A stretch of DNA of 61,983 nt, the filler included, from Hausera hauseri (taxonomy: Eukaryota): the NCBI GenBank assembly GCA_046269625.1. It is 13 parts of 13 records of this genome, joined end to end, with 100 filler letters (N's around TTAATTAATTAA, not from the genome) between each part and the next. Parts side by side here need not be neighbours in the genome. Positions count along the whole stretch, not along the records: positions 8,891 to 12,880 come from JBJURY010835637.1; positions 12,981 to 17,940 come from JBJURY010378258.1; positions 18,041 to 22,966 come from JBJURY010389701.1; 10 more parts are not named here. The stretch is one strand, 5' to 3'. The notes beneath the pieces are model-generated. The model saw only the letters and a program-made list of their open reading frames with translations. It searched no databases and was not told where the DNA came from. Both the position numbers and the translations under genes were made by a program. Positions 11,875-23,066 of the stretch are shown one piece after another. The stretch's first letter is position 1, and every line of letters starts with the position of its first letter.

Positions 11875-12980
11875 CTTTCTTGGATAGGATCGTTCCTCTC
11901 ATAGGATCATCTTGACAAGAAAGAAATAATAACAACATAAAGATAACAGTGGAGGACACAGGGGTAGAATAAGATAACACTGAGACTGCATGATAGAATG
12001 ACACACGGACTATAAGTAGATATAGTGAATTCTAATATCAGTTTATTACAGGAACATTTGGATGTAGGTGATTACATTTGCATTGAATAACATTATGTTC
12101 CCCAGTTTCACAATTTTGTTCAAGATGCTGTGGCATCCATTTCTGTATACAACAACGCATATTTTATCTAAAACCCCTGTTTCTGCAGGGATCCAGCTTA
12201 ACTATCTTAATAAAGCTGTTTTTAAAATTAAGGGAACAAAATGGTTGAAAGTAAATCTTAGGGTAAAATATGCTAGAAAAAACTATAGTCTCCCCACCAA
12301 AATTTGGATCACAATATTCTATTCAAACACAGTATGTATAAATTGAGAATTTTTCTAATAATTGTTTTTAAATTAACCTGACCAATTAATTGGAAATAGC
12401 TAATCTGAAATTATTAATATGAAACGTTTAATCCGAAATAATCAATATCAATTTGTGTTAAACATAAATTAATTTAAATGGGTTATTTAGATTCATTTGA
12501 TTATTTATGGTCACTTTTCATTAAAATACAAAATTTTGTTTAGTCAGATAATAAATAGTGTTATATATTGGGGTGGCCCTTAACGATCTCCCACTATATA
12601 ACAATAGTTTACTCTCGAAATTGAATAGCTTACGCAGATTCGATTTAACGTTCTCGTCAAATGAATGTGCCAATATGTGATGATTTTAATAATGCGTGTA
12701 CTTTTTGCCGTATCCTGTGCACGGGTTAATTAATATTCTCGTACCTATGTAAGTTTAAGTGAGATTTTAGCCTTAATGTTGTCAAACCAGCCTTAAGGGC
12801 CGGTGAAAAACTATATGGGAATTTTAAAAGAAAATATTAACACTCACAATATAATAGACCAATACACGTCAAGCAGCAACNNNNNNNNNNNNNNNNNNNN
12901 NNNNNNNNNNNNNNNNNNNNNNNNTTAATTAATTAANNNNNNNNNNNNNNNNNNNNNNNNNNNNNNNNNNNNNNNNNNNN

Positions 12981-14100
12981 TTCTCATTTATACACACTTA
13001 ATGGCATTAAATTATTTTTATTCGGTCCAGAGATATATCGATTTTTCGATATTACACACAGAAAATCCCGAATATCTCTGCATGCAAACAACATTTTGGG
13101 CTGATTTTGGTTTACATAATAGCTATTGAATAGAAGTACATGACAAAATGAAAAAAATATTCGAAAAAACATTCGAAAATCGAGTTTTATCGAAAAAAAT
13201 TGAAAATCGATAATTTTGATTTTATTTGATAGAGGACATTTTCCTGATTCCAACAAACTTGATCGCAGGTCAATACGACCTCTGGGGGCTGAGATATTGC
13301 GTTTCGAATACATGAAGCACTGAAAATCGATTTTTATTTTAAAGTTTAATTTGATATTTTTACGTGTACTCGATAGAGAATTTTTTTCCATTTAACCCAC
13401 TTGATCACACGTCAATAGGATTTTCCATTGCGGAGATATTTTATTTTGAATATTTTTTTCGAAATATTCGAATCGATATATATTCGAAACTGAAAGTCAT
13501 ATTGACTTGCGACCTGTACCAATCGATAGAGCTAAAAAAACTGAACATTTCTCATGTAGGACTCAAAATTATTCGAAAACTCGGTAATTCTAAAAATGGA
13601 ACTCGAAAAAAATTTTTTGAATAATTTATGCCCAAGATAGAATATTTTTTCGCTATCCAACAAACTTGATTTCACTTTAATATAATTTTTCGTTAAGGAG
13701 ATATTGCGTTTTGTAAATATTTTTCGAAATATTCGAATCAGTATATATTCGATTGCTTACATCGTACAGACTTGAGACCTATACCATCCGATAGAGCTCG
13801 CAAAACTGAACATTTATGTCCTTCCAACCAAAATTATTCGAAAACTCGGTGAAAAAATATTCGAGTTCGAAAACATTTTTTTCGAAAAATTTTTTCTAAT
13901 AATACCATCATATACAGAATTCGAAAATATATATTTTTCATTTTTTCGAAAATTTTCGAAATTTGCATCGAATCAGTGCTAAAATCAATATTGCACTTTC
14001 GAAAATCAATATTTAACTTTTGAAAATCAATAGTGCACTTTGAAAAAAAAAAAAATTTAAAAATTCATAAATTAAAAAAATTTATTTTTGAATATTGATT
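12981..14100. repeat. AT-rich TCGA-rich repeat with about 267-bp direct repeats and a short 20-21-bp tandem; probable non-autonomous DNA transposon interior
   Basis: 13430-13625 resembles 13698-13895 (TTCGAAATATTCGAATC...CGATAGAGCT...AAAATTATTCGAAAACTCGGT). AAAATCAATATTGCACTTTCG-like unit x3 at 13981-14043. Confidence 0.6.
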
Positions 14101-14357
14101 TCCAATCCTGGGGGTGGCCCAGTGCGCTGCCTTCCTCCTCGCCCTTCTGTATTTCCGTTTTTTTAAATAATAAACATAATTGCACAAATACATCAACACA
14201 CCTAAACACTGCGGCCATCTACAACATCATCTCCACTTTTCTTTTCTCACCTGAATTTTACCTCACACACCACGGCTCCACAGTACCTCTCGTTGGGACC
14301 CTGCAATTTTTTTCATCTTATATCTGCCTTTACATATACTTCCGCATCCGTGGTGGT

Positions 14358-16589
14358 ATGGACTCATCACCACTATTAATACCACGGACAAACTCACCAA
14401 ACCACCGATTTCCATCACTTACCTACCCAAACAAAGTGCTTCAAACACTCCGACACAGCGCACACTCCCTACTCATTCGCCCTCCGCAGAATATTTCCTC
14501 GACAGACAAAATTCTACTCAAACTTGGCTAAAACTGCATCAATTCTGTCTCCAATCATAAAACGTCGTCGACCCCTTATCCAAAGTCAACAGCCTGTTTT
14601 TTCATTTACCCGCTTTTATCAAAACTAAAATTACAAACATCACCGCCGTCCTTCACCACACCAATCCATATGCTCAACTTTATAATGCCGTTCTTAAGCT
14701 CACTGAGTCGTCAATCGACTCTATCATTCAAAGGTTCTTCAATGACAACGCAATGGGCCTACAGAAGCATTCTGAATTCTTGCGCACATACCCACAATAC
14801 CCATGGCGTAACATCTGAGCATAGTCCAGAACTTCTTTGTCGTTAATTTTTAAACGCATTGCACCTTCAAATAAGAGCTTTGCTCACTGTGGTGCAGGAC
14901 TCCACGGCACTGGAAAAGTTAGACGAACTGGTGGACAACGCCTATAAAGTGCTGCACTCACACACAGCACCAACTGTCTCTGCGGCATTAAAAACAAACC
15001 ACCAACAACAAAATGCAATGCTGCAGCAACAAATTGCGCAATTACGCACAGACAACGAAATTTTGCAAAAAACAATTAATAACATAAAAGAGAAATTAAA
15101 TGAGTTAACGCTGCCTCGACGAGGTTATTCTAGAGCTGCTTCCCCTCATGTATTTCATCAACGACAAAGACGGTCGCCTTCGCCCGCGCGGTCGTCTATT
15201 TGCCACTATCACAACAAATTTGGAAACAATGCTCAGAAATTCTGCATCGGTTGTAAGCTTTACTCCACCGATTTTAATACAAGCAACATCGTTTGCATCT
15301 ATCACGCAAAATTCGGAACAAAAGCACAAAAATGCCTACCTGGCTGTAACTACAACACGCAAAATAAAATCAGCACTATTAACCACACACAAAATAGTAG
15401 GCCAAACTTACCAGCTACAAAAAACTGATTTCGCCGCTAGGACACACGGCAAGTTCTATCAAAGGCAACAACCTACAAAAAGATAGCCGACACATTTCTT
15501 TTGCTGTATTCACGTTGGAAGCAGCAGTCATCACTCCAACAAAGCAAAACATTAATTTTCTCATAGACACCGGCGCAGCAATCTCTTTACTACCACCAAC
15601 ACAGCACATCCAAAACAATTTCACTTCAAAAAAGCAACTGTTTACTGCGTCCGGTGAACCTTTACAAATTTTTCGTGTTATTAAATTTACTTTTACACTC
15701 CCAAATTTTCCAAACACATTCACTTGGAAATTTACAGTAGCCAATGTACGCACACCTATATTTGGTTCAGACTTTCTGTCCCACTACAATTTACTTCTAG
15801 ATTGCAAACTATCTTCCTTAAATAGCGGAAATAATTTTAATCAAATTAGCATTATTTCGGTGACCACCCGAATGATCGTTTCCAGCAAGTCAATACTAAA
15901 GAAAACGACTTCCGATTTAAATTATTTTTATAATCATACATTATACAGAAATTTTTATTAAGGCAACAAATACGATATTGCCAACTGCGTGGCACCTATT
16001 ACTGATAGCACAGCTGCCAACACCATCTTCAACACGAACATCCATCTTCAACATCCACCTTGTCACAACACCTTGACTACAACTCATACCTCAGCTGCAT
16101 ACAGTCACGATGCATAGACACCGCCTGATAAATTTTCATCGTTGCACTCTGACTTACAGCAATATATCTCGTCTTCCTGCACGCGTCTGTTGCAAAAGGA
16201 CAAATCATTCGTATCACCTCAATCCACCTTCCATCACATAGTACCAACACATCAAAGACCAATACGTCAAAAGGTTCGCCCGCTATCGCCTCCACGCAGA
16301 CAGGCAGTGGAGGCTGAGGTTCTCGAACTTGAAAAATCAGGAATAATCAGAATATCCAAATCCCCCTGGTCTTCACCACTGCATGTGGTTCCAAAAAACA
16401 TGGTACCTTTTGCCCATGCAGTGATTACCGCCAACTCAACATCATAACAACAATGGACGCCTACCCTCTACCATTAAACAATAATATCCTTCACAGGCTT
16501 TATGGTTCAACCATATTTTCCTACATTGATTTTCACAAAGCATACTATCAATTCCGGTGGACCCCAGTAGACATTCCGAAAAAGGCTGT
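14358..16589 (+). mobile_element. CsRn1-like Gypsy element: gag (two CHCC knuckles) - protease - start of RT; decayed and truncated by an insertion
   Basis: CHYHNKFGNNAQKFCIGC and CIYHAKFGTKAQKCLPGC; FLIDTGAAISLLP; SKSPWSSPLHVVPK, DYRQLN, DAYPLP, IFSYIDFHKAYYQ. Confidence 0.88.
15419..15425 (+). promoter_or_regulatory. -1 ribosomal frameshift slippery site A_AAA_AAC at the gag/pol junction
   Basis: Lies immediately before the gag stop (15426-15428). The -1 frame from 15422 is open into the protease ORF at 15515. Confidence 0.7.
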
Positions 16590-17186
16590 TGTGGTGCCGC
16601 GGACTCGGGCGCCACCATAGTCCAAGTAGATCTGAGAAAATCAAGAAACTGTACAAGAGACACTTAATTTTGAAACCAAACTTGCACCCATTAAATCTAA
16701 AATTAAAACAATCCCTGATTCTGAAAAATTGATTGCAAAATCCACGCATTGAGCGTAACCAAGTCAGTTGCTGATAATCCAGATTCCTGTGCTGTATTGT
16801 ACAAAAATCTCTTATATTCAAAAGAAAAATTGTTAATTTTGTTGCTACCGTATCTGGTTTTGAGGCAGTTATGAAAATCTAATCTCAGTGTGTAGAACTA
16901 AATAATGATGATATCCTACGTCTCCTCTTCTGAAACGATTTGCTCTTTGTAAACAAGACGATGAATTAGGAACGCTGCCTGATTTACGCAAAAATAATAA
17001 ATTACTTCTGTGAGGATATAATTGAGAACAGAAATTCTAAATTTAAATCAGAAACATTTCCAAATTTAAATTAAAATATTAATTTAAAAGTAATATTAAA
17101 AGTCTGATTTAAATTTGGAAAATTTGTTTCCAAATAAATATTTTGAATGATAATAAAAAATTTTCAACAAGTGTTGTTACTTTTCA

Positions 17187-17940
17187 ATGAGCAATTACAA
17201 ACAATCAAATTCTGATTCGGCGGACAGACCAGTGGGTGGGGATTTTCCAACCCTACCCAAGCTGGGCGACGAGGTAGACGGCGTGGATGCGAACACGCCC
17301 AACACGGCGACTTACGACACAATGGACATCTTCGCGAACCAATTCCTGCCCAACAAATTCAGGATAGGCGACGACGTGGAGAAGTTTATTAGAGGATGTG
17401 AAAAATTCTTCAAATATATAAACACCCCGACCGCAAAGCGAGAGATAATGGTTGAATGTCTCTTGGAAGAAGATGCACTAGAAAGATACGAGGCAGTAGA
17501 TGCAAGGATAACGGGATATCAAAACCCACTGCGGAAGGCTTTTGCCCGATCCTCAACGCTATGTGAAGATCTAAAAGAAGCGCTCGAGTACAGAATGAAT
17601 GGAGCGGAACCGGAAGCTTACTTCGAAACAATCGAAAAACTTCTGGATAAAATCATGAAACACAATCTTTCACGCGAGGCTCTAAAAGAGGAACTATTGT
17701 TTTAATGTTGTAACAATGGAGAGATGAGAAGAAAAATATGCCTCAGTGAAAAAAAAAAGACGCGGAAACAATAAAGGAGAAAATACGGAAGTTACACGAG
17801 GTTAAGATTAAGACAGAAGAAGTCAACACGGTCAAGGAGTATACATGGATCGGTAGAAGAAGCTACCAGGAAGTGGCAGCACAAAATATCAGAAAATCCG
17901 TTCCTGGAATCAACTCGACCCCTACTAGACTGCCAAATAG
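17187..17940 (+). pseudogene. gag: Gag-like ORF of another LTR element (partial)
   Basis: PNKFRIGDDVEKFIRGCEKFF...LLEEDALERY...LRKAF...EAYFETIEKL is a capsid-like pattern. It continues through a stop and frameshift to the contig end. Confidence 0.55.
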
Positions 17941-18040
17941 NNNNNNNNNNNNNNNNNNNNNNNNNNNNNNNNNNNNNNNNNNNNTTAATTAATTAANNNN
18001 NNNNNNNNNNNNNNNNNNNNNNNNNNNNNNNNNNNNNNNN

Positions 18041-18790
18041 AATAACGTCTGATCACACCTTCTGGTATCACTTTCTAATTTAAATCTCATTCCATCCTGA
18101 GGGTTTGCTGAATATACTATTGTTGGTGTTTTAATCATATCTGATACTCTATCCAATCTACTCTTGGGTATCTCTTCTTTATACATACGGCCATTTGTTT
18201 CATTGAATTTTCCTGCTTTTAATAATACTGACTGACACTGATCTTTGTCAACTTCATATGACATGATTGATTCACCGGTATCTCATTCTTTATTGTAGTA
18301 ATCACATTCAGGAAATATCATCATTTTTCCTGATGATAATTCAGAGAGCATTATACTCTCTTAACTCGACTTGATAATCCTCAATAGCTACAATATTATC
18401 TAACATTCCCTTACAATATCCCGTTTTATCATTTGTTACAAAGGCTTCCACACACATTCGTTTACTTATAGGAAGTGGTTCGAACTGAGTAGTAGGTTCT
18501 ATAATAGCATTATTTCTATACCAGTAGCCACAGATAAAATGAAATTGATTTCTTCGAACAAAACATTCTTTTACTTTAGTTACGAATTCTGATTCTTGAT
18601 AAACATAGTAATCCTCGTCTATCTTTGTAGTTAATAATTCCGGATTGGCAAATGGACATTTTTCTTAATCTAATATAGAATATATAGGGCTTTCTTTAGC
18701 TTGACTACAGTCATAAGCAATGATTGAGTGTTTTTGGCAAAAGACTGAACAGAAGGAGTATGGGTATAACTTTTCTTAACCATGATAAGT
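18041..18790 (-). pseudogene. env: Envelope glycoprotein N-terminal half with internal signal peptide; chuvirus-like class III fusion protein
   Basis: WLRKVIPILLLFSLLPKT / IIAYDCSQAKESPIYSILD*EKCP...YYVYQESEF...KECFVRRNQFHFICG...MC. This matches the chuviral G N-terminus pattern (AYDC...SL.D...C...Q...C.V......CG). Downstream ...VYSANPQDGMRFKL...RCDQTL. Confidence 0.78.
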
Positions 18791-20468
18791 CAAAATCTGG
18801 TTGTAAGTTTTATTGTCTGTCCGATCGTTGACGTGGAATATATTCCCCTTGTCGTTGAGTGGCTGACACTGACTCGTATCGTCTTTTGAATCAAGCTAGT
18901 AATTCATCCTCCTCTGCACTTTACCCATCCTTCAACATTGACCTTTAATGCTCTTGTGGCTATTTCTATGTTTCTTTCTATTTCTTCTTGATTCGGGTTT
19001 ACACCATTCATTACCATTATTTTATATAGAAGATATGGCTGTTATAATTTTGTTACGGGATATACCTGTTCCCATCATTCTGGATAAAATATCTCTTGGA
19101 TTTCGTTTATTCTCTCGTCCGTAGGGATATCTGCAAATTGCTCGCTAACCTTTGCGATTTCATTCCTTATAGCTTGTATTAATGAGTCTGGTATTTGCAG
19201 ATTAGTGTTGAACTTGACGAATGCTTTATGCATTCTTACTAATAAAGTTTGTGGTAGTGTTGCCAAAGATACATTATTTACATCGTATTCATCTTCTGTT
19301 GTCAGCAATCTTCTGACGACTTCATCATCTCTGGCTTTTCTACCCTTTAATTGATAAAGTTTTGTTGTTCCTTTTGGTTTTCCACGCGTTCTTTTATCTG
19401 TTTGTATTTGTTCAGTTATAGGGATATTCATTTCAGTTCCTATTTGTGGTGTTCCTTGATGCTGTCCATGTTCTTCCATTTGTTTCTGTCTGACATCGGT
19501 TGTAATCTCATCGATTGCCTCTTGTTCAGATTGTCTATAAATAATGCATATCGGGTTATATCTGTTTTCCCAGATCCCTACCTCATATAACGTTTCATAG
19601 TCCATTAACACTCTTCCATAGGAACGCAAATCTAATTCTCCTTGAGGTTGTTTTATCTCATTAATTTTATGTTTCAAAGCATCTATCGTATCTAATGACT
19701 TCATTCTTAAAACATGAAAGTCTTGATTATATTGTTGGAGAGTAATCATTACTTCTGGATTTTCTCCGAGTGTTCTCACTCTTTCTGCGTATCGATAAAT
19801 TATATATCGTACGACTTTCTGATATGGGCTTGTGCTCGCAGCATACATTAGCAACAAATCTAACAAATTAGCAAATTGATGATGACTGATTGTTGGTAAC
19901 AATAACATTGAGAGGTCCTGTCTGAACTGAACTCCATCAATTAATTTCTGATTAGCATAACCAGATATTCTTCGAACTATTTCCACGCCATCCTGGTCTA
20001 AGCCTATAGATGAACTATCATATTCCAGTGGTCGTTCTACTTTCTTCTTATTTTTCCTTTTGGTTTAGTTTCACTTTCCACAGACTCACTTCCAGAAGGT
20101 AAATTCGTTTATGGGGTATTTAACTCTTCTTCTATAAGAGGTTTATGTTTCCTCTTTACTTTCTTCTTTTCAGTTTTCGATTCTGATTCAGGAAACTTTT
20201 TAGGCCTACCAACCGGAGCTACAATAGTATTTTCATTCAACATTTTGTCTCTGTTCACAAATCTGATGTTTCTTTAATTCAATATTGCTGTTTTAATTCA
20301 GCTATTTTATCCTCATCGTCTAACGTATTAGTCTTACTTTCCTTTAGTTTTGATCTAATCTTTTGCTGACGTTTTTCTATCGTATCTTCAGGCTTTGTCT
20401 GTGGTTTCATGTTCTTTATCTGTATCAGATATATTACCAATCATTTCGACTTGTTTCTTTTGATTAGA
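18791..20468 (-). pseudogene. Gag extension: AT-hook (PVGRPKK), helical domain, ubiquitin-like domain (19534-19752), second basic hook, helical domain
   Basis: VMITLQQYNQDFHVLRMKSLDTIDALKHKINEIK...LDLRSYGRVLMDYETLYEVGI aligns with ubiquitin PSDTIENVKAKI...LIFAGKQLEDGRTLSDYNI. Confidence 0.75.
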
Positions 20469-21380
20469 TTATCCTTGACTAGGATAAGAACGAGCCATAT
20501 GTTCATATTTTTGACATGAAAAACATAGTGGCTGTCCATCTTGATTAACCGGACGTTTTTTCATTGCAGACTTCTGAGGTTGATTTTGCCACGAAACCTT
20601 TTTCTGTTGGTGTTCTGGCTGACTATACTTCTGGGAGAATTTGCTGAGAATTCTTTTTCTGCTGAATATTTTTCGACTTTTTGTCATCATTTTTAGGATG
20701 CTTCTTAATATTTTCCAATCTCTCATAATTAACTTCAATTTTCTTAGCCTTACTAACAGCTTCTTTATGAGTCAGGGTCGGCAACAGTAATGTAGTTTTG
20801 TATTTCCTTAGTAACTCCATAACAAAACTGAGCCAGGAGAGCTTCTTCTATTGTCGTTATTTGCATAGGCTCTCTGAGCCAATTTCTGAAGGGTACATGC
20901 ATATTCTTGCACACTTTTACCTTTTCTCTGACGTCGCCTGTTAAACTCTCCAATTCGACCTTTTCCTGATGGGTCTACTAAGAGTCTTTCTTCCTGGGCG
21001 TCCTCAAGGCTAGCCCAATCAGCCTTATCATCATCCGAAAGCTGAGCATAAGCACTAAGTGCTATTCCTTTAAGATGTAAGGGAAGACGTTGTATTCTAA
21101 GCTCATCTGTCCATGCATAGCTTTGTGAGTACATTTGATATTGCATCAAAAACTCACTATAATCTTGGTTTGGTTTTCCTTCAAACTTATCCATCGGGAG
21201 GACCATCGTACCATTTGTACTTGAACCGGTTCCTATTCCATAACTAGACATAGGTTTCTTTTCTGTACCTAATTCAATCAAAGGATTTTCGTCTGCTGAT
21301 TCAGAACTGCTTGCTGAATCGGTGCGTGAAGTTATAGTATTAACGTGTATACGTTTACTTCGTAAAGAATACGACGCCAG
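20469..21380 (-). pseudogene. gag: Gag (capsid + degenerate CCHC knuckle CFSCQKYEHMARSY), putative CUG start
   Basis: MDKFEGKPNQDYSEFLMQYQMYSQSYAWTDELRIQRLPLHLKGIALSAY...W..L; RRQRKG.SVQEYACTL; QFCYGV. Confidence 0.88.
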
Positions 21381-21386
21381 TGTGCC

Positions 21387-21404
21387 TCCTCACTCGGGGC
21401 ACCA
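21387..21404 (-). promoter_or_regulatory. Primer binding site complementary to elongator tRNA-Met (TGGTGCCCCGAGTGAGGA)
   Basis: 18-nt site 1 nt after the LTR-terminal CA. Complement of ...CCTCACTCGGGGCACCA, the 3' end of invertebrate elongator tRNA-Met. Identical in copy B. Confidence 0.85.
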
Positions 21405-21405
21405 G

Positions 21406-22121
21406 TGACAAGTTTATGAGTTTAAAAAGAAGTTTGGGTTTTCTCAACCCTAAACTTATTCTCTAATACAATAGTAATAATAGTCTAGGGTAATTTATTT
21501 CCAAAACTCTTCTTTATTTAGTCTTACGAGCAGCCTGTGGGGTCTGCTTTACAAATTAATATAGATCGGTGAGTGTCGATCACTAGGAGGTACACTAGTG
21601 TCGTTTTCCCTTTATTTAAAGTATATTAGACAACCGTCTTATGGACGGAATACCAAAAAGAGGGACCCAAATATTAACTTAATTAACCTTAGTTAAGTTA
21701 AATCAAAACAATGTTACACTTAAAAATATATTAAATGCAAAATACTAAAATGATTAACAAAGAAAATGACAATACTTACAAGAGTTGTAATACATAGTAG
21801 CTCAGCAAAGAATAGTCACCAAGATTTATTTGTAATCGCTAATGTCAATGTCGACTAAAAATCTCATGCTTATATAGTATATTATCACACACATTAATAC
21901 ATAATTAAAATTGATTTTTCTCACAAAATAATTACATAAGAATATAACGTAATACAGATAATATCAAATGAATTATCATTGATAAAAGAACAAAGATCAT
22001 AAAATCACATGGATTATTATTTGAATATTGAAAAACAATTGTCAATAAAAATTATCATCATAGTCGAACAATGTTTGTCAGATACCTAATATGAGTCCAA
22101 AAGTCCAACTCGTTGTCAACA
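21406..22121 (-). repeat. LTR of copy A (716 bp, TG...CA)
   Basis: Starts TGTTGACA directly after the PPT and ends TTGTCA before the PBS. Shares blocks with LTR B (GTCTTACGA, GCCTGTGGG, AGGAGGTACACT, ACAACCG, TACCAAAA). Confidence 0.85.
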
Positions 22122-22132
22122 CCTCCCTCCTC
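22122..22132 (-). promoter_or_regulatory. Polypurine tract GAGGAGGGAGG
   Basis: Directly adjoins the LTR-initial TG. Confidence 0.8.
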
Positions 22133-22966
22133 AGATGGCGTTATCCTCAACGCCAGAGGGCAGGTCTCTAAGACTCCATTGTCATATTTATAGTTAGCGG
22201 AATCTAACCGCAGCCACTGATTTCCTTTACGAATTTTCTTTTTTAGTGATTGTTTCATGAATTTTTTGTAGTCTTTGTGACATCAATTATAATAGCATCA
22301 TTAGCAGCAAGTGTTTGACTGGTAACCGATTGATTGGAGGGTAGAATGTCTGAAGGTCCATCAATGTCCATTGATTCTGGAATTCGTTTGGAGGTCTCTT
22401 TCATGGCTGGAAATTGTTCATGTGTAGAAAGCATTTCTGTAACTGATTTTTGGTTATCTTTATTCGTTTCATACTCATGAATCGGTTTATGGATTTTTAG
22501 CATCACTGTAGCATTCTCTTTTGTCCGAAGAGGATAGACGATATCATTATATTAATGAGAATTTGTTTTTGGGTCAATTTCTTTTCTGGGTTTATCTCAT
22601 TATGATAGAACAGATCTCTGATACCATGAATTGTGTTAATGTCAACCAAATCAAGATGTAAATTATTACAAACGTTCATTCCAACGATTAAACTTCCGTT
22701 GAGTTTTTGTCTGATTAAAGATCTAATTTGGTAAGAATCTATCTACCATTGTATATCTGTTTCTTTTAATCCGGTGATTTGACTATTATAATTGTCAATT
22801 CGGTCCATTGGGGTGATTACTTCATCAAGGATAATATATCCTTGTAGATCCATGATGGTTATTTCTGTTAGTGTAATTTCTTTGTTACGTAATGGTGTTA
22901 GTAGATAAGCGGAATTGACGGCTAATACATTTATTTTATTTTCCTTTATTTTTGGTAATCGAGAGA
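22133..22966 (-). pseudogene. 3' ORF with REX4/ISG20-like DEDDh exonuclease fold lacking catalytic residues
   Basis: VLAVNSAYL...EITIMDLQGYIILDEVITPMDRIDNYNSQITGLKETDI...LNGSLIVGMNVCNNL...IRDL...RTKENATVMLKI. The reading frame runs, with breaks, up to the PPT. Confidence 0.7.
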
Positions 22967-23066
22967 NNNNNNNNNNNNNNNNNNNNNNNNNNNNNNNNNN
23001 NNNNNNNNNNTTAATTAATTAANNNNNNNNNNNNNNNNNNNNNNNNNNNNNNNNNNNNNNNNNNNN

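Larger units (their letters stand above)
18041..22966 (-). mobile_element. Enveloped Gypsy-like element, copy A: exonuclease-like ORF - PPT - LTR - PBS - gag - AT-hook - Ubl - env (N-half)
   Basis: See the component features. Colinear and homologous with 23067-27205. Confidence 0.88.

Noticed and set aside
12984-13624. ORFs of 135 and 86 aa
   Set aside because: They lie in AT-rich repetitive DNA, have F/I/K-biased composition and show no recognisable motif.
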